NCBI GenBank assembly: GCA_937952415.1
Contig: CALFYT010000120.1
Coordinates: 5,026-69,025, forward strand
Length of the DNA: 64,000 bases
From: an uncultured Planctomycetaceae bacterium
GTDB taxonomy: Bacteria; Planctomycetota; Planctomycetia; Pirellulales; PALSA-1355
Reading direction: 5' to 3'
Shown: positions 8,606 through 17,965 of the stretch, one piece after another
How the letters are laid out: every line of letters starts with the position of its first letter
Position numbering within the stretch: position 1 is the first letter of the stretch
Program-made: the position numbers and the translations under genes
The notes under the pieces: model-generated
Told to the model about the DNA's origin: nothing
What the model saw: the letters and a program-made list of their open reading frames with translations, nothing else
Database searches by the model: none

Positions 8606-9664
8606 TCAATCCGTCGGTCCCTCGTCGGACATTCGCAGATACTCGTTTGCCACCAGCGCGAAAAACTGCGCCGCACGCTCGTCGTTTTCGGCGATCTCAA
8701 TGAACTCATCGCGTCGTCGCCGTTTGATTCGGTACCACAGCCGGTTTCGACGGAAATCGAATCCGTAAACAATGACGTCGCTGATCAAATCGGCACCATC
8801 TAGCTCGTCGTAGCGTCCGGCACACAGATTATTCCACGCGATTCTGCGAGATATGATTTCCTTCGCTTCGAGTACGAAGTGTACTAACAGAACCGAGAAG
8901 CTTTGCCACCAGACGAGCAAGATCACAGTCAGAAGGGAAGACGCATAACCTAGTTTGGTATATGGTCCCGGAACGACGACGAATTGGGACTGATCGACTA
9001 CTAATGCGGCTCGGCATTTCGGCCAACTCGAAAGCAGGCTGCCGAGTGGTGAATGGGAAGAGATCCCTCGTAGCGCAATTGGATCTTTATGATTAACAAA
9101 GATGTCAGGGTCGATCGATGCTTGATTCTCCTTCGCCGCTATGACCTCTTTGGGAACGCTTCGTTTCCGGAAACGAAAAAACAAGTACACCATCCACGCC
9201 CCAAGACTAGCGAATCCAGCGAATCTCCCTAGGCACCCAATGAGTTCAGGTTTTTCCAGAAAGTGTCTTTGTGCGTCATTTGGGTCGTGCATTACCAGAA
9301 CTGCCTGGCCAACGCTGTACTGTCGCTCTTTCCACCATGCCAGCCAAACGTGCATGCGATTGTTGACAGCGAAGGGCGACAGTGCGCTGCCGGATAGGCG
9401 TTTGCCATGCACTGTGAACTCGTATTCCAGATCGAACACTCTCAATCGTCGCTGTTCGGCATCCGGATGCACTTTCAATCGAATGATCTTCCCCGGAGCC
9501 TGCGGCCAGTCGCGGCACGCGTGCCATATGAGCAAACCTCCCAGCAAACTACCCGCCGCTCCGATCAAGAGCATACCGCCAAGAATCAAAAGCGCGATTG
9601 GCTTGAAGAACTCCAGGAAAGCCGTAAAGAAATCAAAGATAGCCGGGCGATCGTAGGTTTTCAC
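8606..9664 (-). CDS. Hypothetical membrane protein, DUF3592-like N-terminal module
   Basis: TM helix, then a beta-rich segment (IIRLKVHPD...FDLEYEFTVHGKRLSGS...VGQAVLVMHDP), then a TM helix, as in DUF3592. Further TM helix and a charged C-terminal domain. Markedly AT-richer than its neighbours. Confidence 0.6.
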   Translation of the reverse strand: MKTYDRPAIFDFFTAFLEFFKPIALLILGGMLLIGAAGSLLGGLLIWHACRDWPQAPGKIIRLKVHPDAEQRRLRVFDLEYEFTVHGKRLSGSALSPFAVNNRMHVWLAWWKERQYSVGQAVLVMHDPNDAQRHFLEKPELIGCLGRFAGFASLGAWMVYLFFRFRKRSVPKEVIAAKENQASIDPDIFVNHKDPIALRGISSHSPLGSLLSSWPKCRAALVVDQSQFVVVPGPYTKLGYASSLLTVILLVWWQSFSVLLVHFVLEAKEIISRRIAWNNLCAGRYDELDGADLISDVIVYGFDFRRNRLWYRIKRRRRDEFIEIAENDERAAQFFALVANEYLRMSDEGPTD

Positions 9665-9853
9665 GTTACCGCTTCGACTTGCAGGTCAAAGAATGCACTA
9701 AGTACGCATGTTCTGATTGAGAGCGACAGCGCACAATTCTTTCAGAGGAGCGCGAACCGGCAGTTTGGTTCAGCCCCGACCGCTCAGCTACCTCCGGAGC
9801 GGGACAGTATAACAGCGTCCGAAGTGCAGTTCGTAACTTCGGGTCACACAGCG

Positions 9854-10939
9854 TTACGCATCCGGCGAGGTCAACAGCGATCGATCGATGCTGCCGATGG
9901 TCGGCCGGCCTGACAGCGCCATGCACAGGTCCAGTTCTTCGCGCAACAGGCCGAGCATGTGTTCCACGCCGGCCTGTCCGTTGGTGGCCAATGCCCACAG
10001 ATAAGGGCGGCCGACAAGCACGGCCTTGGCGCCTAAGGCAAGTGCTTTGAGAACGTCGCTGCCGCGGCGAATGCCGCCGTCGACGAACAACTCGACACGA
10101 CCCGCAACCGCGTCGGCCACTTCGCGCAGCGCTTCGGTCGTGGGCAAGGTTCCGTCGAGTTGGCGTCCGCCGTGGTTCGACACCACGATTCCGTCCACTC
10201 CATGATCGACCGCGCGCCGGGCATCTTCGGCCGTCAAAATTCCTTTGACGACCAGCGGCAACGGCGAGAGCCCGCGCAGCCACTCGATCGCCTCCCACGT
10301 CAGCGAGGCATCCCAGATTTCCGCGATGTACTTCACCAGGGCCGAGCCGGCGCCGTCGGCATCCATGCGATCCAAGCCGACGGATTCGAGGTTCTTCCAG
10401 GTCATCCCGGGCGGAAGCCCGAAGTTGTTGTTCGTGTCGCGGTCACGCCGCCCGACCAGCGGCGCGTCGACCGTCAGGCAAAGTGCGCGATATCCCGCGG
10501 CGACCGCTCGTCCGACGAGCGACTGCGTGACGCCCCGATCACGATAGCAATAGAGTTGAAACCAGCGCAGTCCGTCGGGTGCCGCTTGGGCAACTTCTTC
10601 CAGGCTGTGCGTGCCGGCCGTGCTGACTACTTGGATGATGCCGCAGGCAGTCGCGGCCCGGGCCACGGCGAGCTCGCCGTCGGGATGGGCCAGCGCGTTG
10701 AACGCACACGGCGCTGTCATTACGGGAAAGGCGACAGATTGCCCGAGCACCGTGGTACTCAGATCGCGCGAGGCAACGTCGACCAGGACGCGCGGTCGCA
10801 GGCGCAACCGTTGCCAGCCGAGCCGATTGTCGCGCACCGTCACTTCGTCCTCGGCGCCGCCCCAAAAGTACTCAAAGACCATCTGAGGCAGCCGGTCGCG
10901 GGCGATCTGCTCGTACTGATGAAGGTTGACCGGCGGCAT
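9854..10939 (-). CDS. FMN-dependent alpha-hydroxy-acid dehydrogenase/oxidase (L-lactate dehydrogenase / glycolate oxidase family)
   Basis: 361-aa ORF with the SNHGGRQLD motif, VKGIL and FVDGGIRRGSDV. The N-terminus YEQIARDRLP..FEYF..GA.DE is typical of the family. Confidence 0.85.
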   Translation of the reverse strand: MPPVNLHQYEQIARDRLPQMVFEYFWGGAEDEVTVRDNRLGWQRLRLRPRVLVDVASRDLSTTVLGQSVAFPVMTAPCAFNALAHPDGELAVARAATACGIIQVVSTAGTHSLEEVAQAAPDGLRWFQLYCYRDRGVTQSLVGRAVAAGYRALCLTVDAPLVGRRDRDTNNNFGLPPGMTWKNLESVGLDRMDADGAGSALVKYIAEIWDASLTWEAIEWLRGLSPLPLVVKGILTAEDARRAVDHGVDGIVVSNHGGRQLDGTLPTTEALREVADAVAGRVELFVDGGIRRGSDVLKALALGAKAVLVGRPYLWALATNGQAGVEHMLGLLREELDLCMALSGRPTIGSIDRSLLTSPDA

Positions 10940-11266
10940 ATATCAACAGTCCTCGGCGTGGTTGCTGCACGCATGCAGTTCGCACGATTCTAACCGGATT
11001 GGGGTGGCCGGTGGTCGCGAGACCCCGTGCACCGGGCCGGGAAAACCGTGGCAATCGAACGAAATCGGTGCCAGCGGCCCGTACAGAGCGGCCGAACGGT
11101 TGCAATTGGGGCGCTTCAGCATAAGAATTGGCAGCAGAGCGCCTCGGTGTTGTCACCGGAGCAAAATCTCGAAAGTCGAACTGGGAACTTCCTCGCTGCC
11201 ACGGTTACGTGCGTTGACCGTGCGCGACATGGCGGGAAGGCCCGATGATCCTCCAGGGAGAATACC

Positions 11267-11821
11267 ATGATTCGCAGACTCCGAGCCAATCAATCGTTTC
11301 GTGTCGCCAAGGCGTTGGTCCTCGTTTGCTTGCTGGCAGGCGTATCGGTGGCCGCCGTTAAAGGTAGCGGCATCTTGTTCCCGGAATGGTCGGGGCCGAC
11401 CGCTGGCGATTATGATAAGCCCACGGCAGACATGGGCCAGAAGGCGCGAGCCGGACGTCCGTGGAGCGTCACGACGATGGCCTCGTCGATCGAAGGTAAG
11501 CCGATCGAGGGCAAGCCGGTTTCGGTCGTGGGCGAAGTTATCGACCTGTCGTGCTACCTGCAGGTCGGCAAACACGGCGACAAGCATCGCGATTGCGGAC
11601 AGAAGTGTGCGGCGAACGGGCAGCCGATCGGGTTGCTGGCCGAGGACGGAACCGTCTACATGCTTATCGACGAAGAACACGATCAACGGCGCGACGGACT
11701 GACCAATTTTCGCAAACAGGCCATCGAACACATGGCTCACATCGTGCGGGTCAATGGCACGCTGACGCAGGTCGACGGCCAGAACGCGCTGTACGTCCAA
11801 GGCTATCTGAAGAAGCAATAG
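11267..11821 (+). CDS. Hypothetical secreted protein (three conserved-looking Cys)
   Basis: Signal-like N-terminus (AKALVLVCLLAGVSVAAVKG). CYLQVGKHGDKHRDCGQKC segment. Lies 12 nt upstream of the cytochrome c peroxidase gene. Confidence 0.6.
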   Translation: MIRRLRANQSFRVAKALVLVCLLAGVSVAAVKGSGILFPEWSGPTAGDYDKPTADMGQKARAGRPWSVTTMASSIEGKPIEGKPVSVVGEVIDLSCYLQVGKHGDKHRDCGQKCAANGQPIGLLAEDGTVYMLIDEEHDQRRDGLTNFRKQAIEHMAHIVRVNGTLTQVDGQNALYVQGYLKKQ

Positions 11822-11833
11822 GGGTTCGTATCC

Positions 11834-12889
11834 ATGAGGTCGCAGTCCATTGCCCGCGGTCTGATCGCCGTCGGAGTGTTGCTTAGCGCAATGGCCGTTC
11901 GCACCGCATTTGCCGTGGAGACGGACGATGCCGAGCCGGAGCCACCGCTGGGCCTGCCGCCGGTGTACTATCCGGACGACAATCTCTACTCGAAGGAGAA
12001 GGCCGAATTGGGGCGCTATCTCTACTTCGACAAGCGGTTGTCGTCCGACGGCACGGTTGCTTGTGCCACGTGTCACGCCGTCGAACACGCGTTCACTGAC
12101 GGAGCCTCCGTGTCGACCGGTATCGGCGGGCAGAAGGGCGGTCGCAGCGCGCCATCCGTGATCAATCGCGGATACAGTGTGTACCAGTTTTGGGATGGAC
12201 GCGCCACTTCGCTCGAGGATCAGGCGAAGGGCCCGATTGCCAACGCGCTCGAGATGACCAGCGACGCCGATGCGGATGCGGCGCATGCAGCGTGCATTCA
12301 GCGGTTGTACAAGGTTGACGGCTATCGCAAGCGGTTCAAGGAGGTATTCGGCAGCGAAGACTTCACGATCGACGACGTCGCCAAGGCGATCGCCACGTTT
12401 GAGCGGACTGTGCTTTCGGGCGATGCTCCCTACGATCGCTACAAGAACGGCGACGAGGACGCGATGACCGACGCGCAAGTCCGCGGGATGGACGTGTTCT
12501 TCAACAAGGCTGCCTGCGACAGTTGTCACTTGGGCTTCAACTTCACGGACGGGTCGTACGTGAACATCGGGATTGGCATGGACAAGCCGGAGCCCGACTT
12601 GGGACGCTATGTCGTCAGTGGCCGCGAGGAGGATAAGGGCGCGTTCAAGACGCCCAGCCTGCGCGAAGTCGAGCACACCGGCCCGTACATGCACGACGGC
12701 CGGTTTACCACTTTGGAGGAAGTGGTCGAACATTACGACAAGGGCGGCATCAAGAACCCGTACCTTGACGATCGCCTCAAGCCGCTCAACCTGACAGCGC
12801 AGGAAAAGCAAGACCTGGTCGCCTTTTTGAAGGCGCTCAGCGGTAAAGGCTGGCAGCACATTCAGGAGCCGCCAGCGCCGCTGGAGTGA
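11834..12889 (+). CDS. Di-haem cytochrome c peroxidase (CcpA/MauG family)
   Basis: Two CxxCH haem motifs (CATCHAV, CDSCHLG), a FWDGRA motif and a signal peptide. Confidence 0.85.
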   Translation: MRSQSIARGLIAVGVLLSAMAVRTAFAVETDDAEPEPPLGLPPVYYPDDNLYSKEKAELGRYLYFDKRLSSDGTVACATCHAVEHAFTDGASVSTGIGGQKGGRSAPSVINRGYSVYQFWDGRATSLEDQAKGPIANALEMTSDADADAAHAACIQRLYKVDGYRKRFKEVFGSEDFTIDDVAKAIATFERTVLSGDAPYDRYKNGDEDAMTDAQVRGMDVFFNKAACDSCHLGFNFTDGSYVNIGIGMDKPEPDLGRYVVSGREEDKGAFKTPSLREVEHTGPYMHDGRFTTLEEVVEHYDKGGIKNPYLDDRLKPLNLTAQEKQDLVAFLKALSGKGWQHIQEPPAPLE

Positions 12890-12943
12890 CACCGGGGGAT
12901 TGCGTGTTCGGCGGCTAGCCAAGGCGCGCCGTTGCCAGCGGTG

Positions 12944-13996
12944 TTAACGGCCCGTGGACGGCGCATACTTCGAATCAGCCACGGCCGCACAGAGCATCGC
13001 GAACAGCCGGTCGACTTCGCGTCGCGTGGGTTCGTCAAGCTCGTAGCCGACTGGGCCGCGCACCACCGCGTTGGCAAAGACGCCCTGCTTGACCAGCAAG
13101 TATTTTTCGATCGCCAGGAAAGCGTCGAGGCTATGTTGCAGCGAAACCAGTGCTGCCAGCGGCAGCCAGATGCGGTCCGCTTCGGCCGCGTCGCCGGCCT
13201 GAAGAGCGCGCCACAGCGCGACGATCGCGTCGATCAGGTCGGCGCCGGGCATCGTGCCGGAAACGCCTCGCCGGTGACTGTCGACCAGCGCGATTCCACC
13301 GGTTCCCTCAAAGACACGCGCCTTGCCGCCGGTCGCGGCGTGGAGTTCGCTCAAGCGAGGGCCAATCGGCACCGCCTCAGGCTTGAAGCAGACCCGCGAG
13401 CCATACTCGCCAAACAGTTTGGCTTGCAGCGCGATCGGCAGCGGGCGGCCGACGTAACCACTGGCATCCTGCACCACCAGTGGAATTGCAACCGCGTCGA
13501 GGATGCGCCGGTAGTAGTCGAGCAATTGCTCCTCGCCGACGGCCACCGCCACGGGCGGGACGGCCATGAGCGCGTCGGCCCCGGAGGACTCGGCGGCTTT
13601 CGCGTATTCGACCGCCGTGTGGGTGCTTTCAGCGCCCACGCTGATGATCACCGTGCCACGCGCCCGGCCAACGCGGCAAACGGCCTCGGCCAGCTCGAGT
13701 CGCTCGTTGCTAGACAGCCGCAATACCTCGGAAACCATGGCCATCACGATGCCGTCGGCCCCGCGATCGAACAGCCAGTGGATCTCTTTTCCGAGCGTCT
13801 GGTAGTCGATCGATTCGTCGGCGTGGTACGGCGTTTGAAAGACGCTTAGTACGCCGGACAACCGTCGCGGTTGTGCAGTCGATTCGGCTGGCACGGGCAA
13901 GTCCCCACAAGTTGCGTGATGCGGCCAATTGACCGCGCGGCGCACCAGATGGCAAGCCCGCGCGTTTTGCGCAAGGCGATTTGCCGGACGCCCCAT
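12944..13996 (-). CDS. Dihydrodipicolinate synthase/N-acetylneuraminate lyase family (DapA-like) aldolase
   Basis: Core begins GVLSVFQTPY...IDY..L...I.WL...GADGIV. The start is uncertain: ORF maximum 14059, ATG at 13996, or GTG at 13894, which gives a family-typical 316 aa. Confidence 0.8.
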   Translation of the reverse strand: MGRPANRLAQNARACHLVRRAVNWPHHATCGDLPVPAESTAQPRRLSGVLSVFQTPYHADESIDYQTLGKEIHWLFDRGADGIVMAMVSEVLRLSSNERLELAEAVCRVGRARGTVIISVGAESTHTAVEYAKAAESSGADALMAVPPVAVAVGEEQLLDYYRRILDAVAIPLVVQDASGYVGRPLPIALQAKLFGEYGSRVCFKPEAVPIGPRLSELHAATGGKARVFEGTGGIALVDSHRRGVSGTMPGADLIDAIVALWRALQAGDAAEADRIWLPLAALVSLQHSLDAFLAIEKYLLVKQGVFANAVVRGPVGYELDEPTRREVDRLFAMLCAAVADSKYAPSTGR

Positions 13997-14079
13997 TTGG
14001 AGTCGGCGTTGGGTCGGCTCTGCCCTGCTGCGCGCAACGCGATTGCTGCACGACGGCAAGTTCGCGGGCCGCTAGTGGA

Positions 14080-14424
14080 TCAGGCCGCGCGGCGCTTAGC
14101 TGGCTTGGCGGCCGGAGGCACGCTGCGCAACTCGGCCAGGACGCTGGCAGCAACCGATTCGGTGGCGCGACTGATGATCTGCGTCTGGGTCGCCGGATCG
14201 AGGGCGATCTGACCGTTGTGAATCGCGGCCAGCTCGCGGTGCACGATGTCGAGCGAACGCGATTTGACATAACCTCGCGCTTCGGAGACCCGCATCGACG
14301 ACGCGCGGCGTCGTACGCGGGTGATCACCGGTTCGTAGCTGCGTTGGGCCACTTCGTTGGCCGTTTGTTCGATGAGTCGAGCCGTGCGTCGGCGCGCGAA
14401 GTAATTGAAGATGCCCATGGCCAC
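14080..14424 (-). CDS. Hypothetical small basic protein
   Basis: 114-aa ORF with GC-rich third positions and a strong AAGGAG RBS 6 nt upstream of the ATG. Confidence 0.65.
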   Translation of the reverse strand: MAMGIFNYFARRRTARLIEQTANEVAQRSYEPVITRVRRRASSMRVSEARGYVKSRSLDIVHRELAAIHNGQIALDPATQTQIISRATESVAASVLAELRSVPPAAKPAKRRAA

Positions 14425-14726
14425 TCCTTAATGCGTCCTTGCAACAACGGTCGGAGTCCGCGCCGACTTGTGGCGCTCGGGCGTCAAACGCCGATTGCGT
14501 CCAAGAGCCAGCGGTCTTGTCCGGTTGCGCGTAAATGCCTGGATTCCGATTCCCTTCGGAATGAGCGAGGTAGATCGACGCGGCGATCCCCCAAGGACCG
14601 AACGCCGGCGAAAGGTGTGCGTCTGAAGAGGTAGATCGATTGACTGGCGGGATAGAATTCAGTCGGGCGGAGATTGGTGTCGCTTTTCTACCCTTTTCGC
14701 CTAGATCCCCACGGCCCGGAGCGGCC

Positions 14727-14755
14727 TTGACCTAACCCTAATGATTTCATAAGGT
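14727..14755 (+). promoter_or_regulatory. Putative sigma70-type promoter of tRNA-Cys
   Basis: TTGACC (14727-14732), 17-nt spacer, TAAGGT (14750-14755). The tRNA 5' end lies 12 nt downstream. Confidence 0.35.
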
Positions 14756-14767
14756 ACGCGGGCACAC

Positions 14768-14839
14768 GGCGCCGTCGCCAAGAGGCTAAGGCAGCGGATT
14801 GCAAATCCGCCATCGTGGGTTCGACTCCCACCGGCGCCT
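14768..14839 (+). tRNA. tRNA-Cys (anticodon GCA)
   Basis: Hand-folded cloverleaf. Acceptor GGCGCCG/CGGCGCC, anticodon stem GCGGA/TCCGC with loop TTGCAAA, T-arm GTGGG-TTCGACT-CCCAC. No encoded CCA. Confidence 0.9.
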
Positions 14840-14980
14840 CTTCCTTCTCCCCCGCCTCACTGTCTCGCGTAAGTTGCCTTGGCGGCTCTAGTTGCGGAGA
14901 CGCCTTCCGGTTTCCGCCCTAGTCGCAGCGCGATTCTCCTTGATGCGGGCCTCCGCGCTGTCTGGCGAGGTCGTGGGCAC

Positions 14981-15008
14981 GGTCCGCGACACCCGGTCCG
15001 CGACACCC
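14981..15008. repeat. Perfect tandem duplication of a 14-nt unit (GGTCCGCGACACCC x2)
   Basis: Read directly: 14981-14994 is identical to 14995-15008. It lies in the non-coding stretch downstream of tRNA-Cys. Confidence 0.9.
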
Positions 15009-15312
15009 GTGCGGTCGTACAATCCAGTCGAGCTGTGGACGATTCTGCAAAGCTCCCGAGCGATCTTTCGGGGCGACGTTTCCGCGGCCTGTCGTGGTGG
15101 ACCGCCAGTCCCCCAAGAGTTGTCGGGGCGCACCGGTCCTTTTTCGGGTCGGATCGGTCACGCCCGCATTCATGCGTTGCCCAGCCGGCCGTACTTACAA
15201 CGCCGAGTCTAGCCCGCGAGTCCGGCAAGGGCTTTGTGAACGCGCCGGCGCTCCTCAGTCGTGACGGCCAACGTCGACATGGTAGCCACTGGCGTTGGGT
15301 TACAATGCGGTC

Positions 15313-15507
15313 ATGGGCGAACCGAACAAGCACGAACCGATTCCGTTGCCGCCCGCGCTGCTGACCGTGGTGCCGTACGGAACGATGCTGATGGCCATCG
15401 CCGTGGTGTTGGCTCTCCTTTCCTTCAACGTTTTCACGGTATTCGCGGCCGCGATCTTGGGATTTGCGCTGCCGTTGGCCTGGCTTGTCAAGCGGACCCG
15501 GCGCTGA
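15313..15507 (+). CDS. Hypothetical small membrane protein (two TM helices)
   Basis: 64 aa from ATG 15313 (the ORF track starts at TTG 15295). Two hydrophobic helices and a basic C-terminus KRTRR. TACAAT lies 6 nt upstream of the ATG. Confidence 0.45.
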   Translation: MGEPNKHEPIPLPPALLTVVPYGTMLMAIAVVLALLSFNVFTVFAAAILGFALPLAWLVKRTRR

Positions 15508-15617
15508 TGGTGCGACGATTGGCCGAGTCCGTTATACGCGGGCGTGCGGTATCGCCCGAAATTTGTTGACGCTGACCGAAGCGGCGCCCGATAATCGAGG
15601 CGCCACGCCTTTTGTTG

Positions 15618-16322
15618 ATGGTAAGACGCATGCTTCGCGCCTTTAGTTACCTGGTGGCTCTTGTTGCCCTTGTCGCAACGCCGTTCGTCTCGCGAGCGGC
15701 TCCGGTAGTCGTGCCGGCCGGCCTGCAGCAAGGCGACCAGTACCGTGTGGCTTTCATCACCAGTACGACGCGTGACGCCACCTCGGCCGATATCGCGGAC
15801 TACAACCTGTTTGTTGCCGCCGCGGCGAACTCTGCCGCGGAACTGGCTGCCCTGGCCACGGACTGGCGGGCGATCGCATCGACCGAGGCGATCGATGCGC
15901 GCGCATCCCCCTGCACCACGCCCGCCTTTGCTCTCGGCGTCCCCTTTACCCGCCCCGCCGGCCCGGTGGTCGCGGATTCAAATATCGACCTGTGGGACGA
16001 CACGATCAACGTCCCCATTTTGGTCTCGGAGTTTGGCACGGCCCTTACCCAGACCTTTGTTTGGACGGGTACGAACTCCGATGGGACGGCCGCGCCGAAC
16101 GACTTGTTTTTGGGGATTCCGGGAGACTTCGCAGTCACGGGACAGTCGTCGGATCCATACGCGCCATGGATTACAGCTGCTGGCGACCAGCTTGGTACGA
16201 AGTTTCCACTGTATGCCGTATCAGGCATTCTGACAGTCGTGCCCGAGCCCTCGACGGCCGTGCTAACCGCGATCGCGCTGATGGCGCTTGTCGCCTTCTG
16301 CCGGCGACATCGCAAGGATTGA
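15618..16322 (+). CDS. PEP-CTERM-anchored secreted protein
   Basis: Signal peptide and a C-terminal VPEPSTAVLTAIALMALVAFCRRHRKD (PEP motif, TM helix, basic tail). Confidence 0.75.
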   Translation: MVRRMLRAFSYLVALVALVATPFVSRAAPVVVPAGLQQGDQYRVAFITSTTRDATSADIADYNLFVAAAANSAAELAALATDWRAIASTEAIDARASPCTTPAFALGVPFTRPAGPVVADSNIDLWDDTINVPILVSEFGTALTQTFVWTGTNSDGTAAPNDLFLGIPGDFAVTGQSSDPYAPWITAAGDQLGTKFPLYAVSGILTVVPEPSTAVLTAIALMALVAFCRRHRKD

Positions 16323-16678
16323 TGGGCCTAGCAACTTATTCGGCCCGCTAACGTTTACGCACAGTCTCTCTTCTAGGGTTCATGTGCCCGCGGCCTTCGG
16401 AACGCTGCTGCCCGCTCGACGGAAGTCCGCGTGCTCGTATTGAGCGCTGATCAGCAGCCGGCAGTAGTCGCTCTACCGAGTTTCGCTTGCGAGCCCGGCA
16501 AACGTTGCGCGGATTTGCCCCTGTTTTTGTCGAGCAGGGCAAAATTCCGGCAGCACGTCTCCTTTTCGTTTGACTTTCCGCGGGGGCTGCGATTACACTC
16601 GCTGCCAATTGGATTACCGCTTCCAGGGGGATGCTAATGACCTATTCTCCATAGACTCGCTACCTATTCCCGCTGGGC

Positions 16679-17694
16679 TTGATCCTGGCGGTTATCAGTT
16701 TCGCGCTGGCGACCTTTGCCACGCCCGGCCTGCTCGCCACGCCCGCCCAGGCTGTCACCATCCCCACCGTGCTGGTCGACAACGCCGGAAACGCCGGCGA
16801 GGTGCAATCGCAAGGCACATTCGGCGGGATCAACTATGCGTACCGCATCGGCACGACCGAAGTGACCAACGCCCAGTACGTCGAGTTCCTGAACGCCAAA
16901 GCGGCCAGCGACCCATTGGGGCTCTACGAAACCGTCATGGGCGTCACCGATCGTGGCGGGATCTCGCGGAGCGGCTCCGACGGCAGCTACACCTATGCGA
17001 CCAGACCCAACATGGCGAACAAGCCGGTCAACTACGTGAGTTGGTACGACGCGATCCGCTTCGCCAACTGGCTGCACAACGGACAGGGAAGCGGCGACAC
17101 GGAAACCGGCGCCTACACACTCTTGGGCGGACGGCCACGCCGTCCAACGGCCTAACCATCACTCGCAACCCCGGCGCTACGTGGTTCCTGGCCAGCGAGG
17201 ACGAGTGGTACAAAGCGGCCTACCACCAGCCCGCCGCACAGGGTGGCGACACCGACAACTACTGGACCTATCCCACGGGAACCAATAGCGCTCCTACGTC
17301 TGCCACTGCCAACAGCGTGGGCGACATCAGCAACCCGGGCGCGAACGTCGCCAACTATTTTTCAACAGCCGATTGGAACAGCGCGAACGGCAACGTTACG
17401 ACAGTCGGCAGCGCGGGTCCGTTGAGCGATGGTTATTACGGTACCGCGGACCAAGGCGGCAATGTGCGGGAGTGGAACGAGTCATTGATCAGCGGCACGT
17501 TTCGGGGCGTGCGGGGCGGCGGCTTCGGCAGCGGTTCAAGCGAGTTGCGGGCGTCGAGTCGAGGCGTCTTCGGACCGTCGAGTGGGGGCGACAGCACCGG
17601 ATTCCGCGTGGCGACCGTACCTGAGCCATCGACCGCCGTGCTGGTCGTGTTCGCAATGCTTGCTTTGGCCGTCTACGGCTGGCGTCGGCGCTAG
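16679..17694 (+). pseudogene. FGE-sulfatase (SUMF1-fold) domain protein with PEP-CTERM anchor, disrupted by a 1-nt frameshift near 17129
   Basis: N-terminal half in frame 2 (YRIGTTEVTNAQYVEFL, PVNYVSWYDAIRFANWL) stops at 17153-17155. C-terminal half in frame 1 (SEDEWYKAAY, GNVREWNES, RGGGF, VPEPSTAVLVVFAMLALAVYGWRRR). Confidence 0.7.
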
Positions 17695-17965
17695 CGAGAC
17701 GTGCCTGAGCCTGCGGTCGACGGATACACCATGCGCCAGACCGGTGGCAAGCACGAGCGTAACAGGTGCTTCCCCACGTCTTGCGGCGCGGTGCCGTGAT
17801 CTTGGCACCGCGGGTCACACAAGGGGCGAGACCTAGAGGCGATTCTCAGCGTGTGTCGAGCGCACGACTTGCGGATGCTTCATAAGTCCGTTTCCGGGAA
17901 TGTCGCCTGCGGGGTTTACCGGAATGATCCTCAGCGCGGCGGCGCCATCTGTTAGGATCGTGGTC

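Noticed and set aside
11153-12922. 589-aa ORF on the minus strand spanning the secreted-protein and cytochrome c peroxidase genes
   Set aside because: It is antisense to two ORFs with clear motifs (CxxCH x2, signal peptides). Its product is Arg/Ala/Leu/Val-rich with no motifs. This is a typical shadow ORF of high-GC DNA.
14768-15300. Integrated mobile element at tRNA-Cys
   Set aside because: There is no integrase, excisionase or phage gene nearby. I did not see a direct repeat of the tRNA 3' end in the following 500 nt.
16570-17130. N-terminal 190 codons of the 374-aa ORF-track entry
   Set aside because: This part overlaps the true FGE-domain N-terminus out of frame and translates to Arg/Gly/His-rich nonsense. 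Only the portion after the frameshift (about 17130 onward) is genuine coding sequence.
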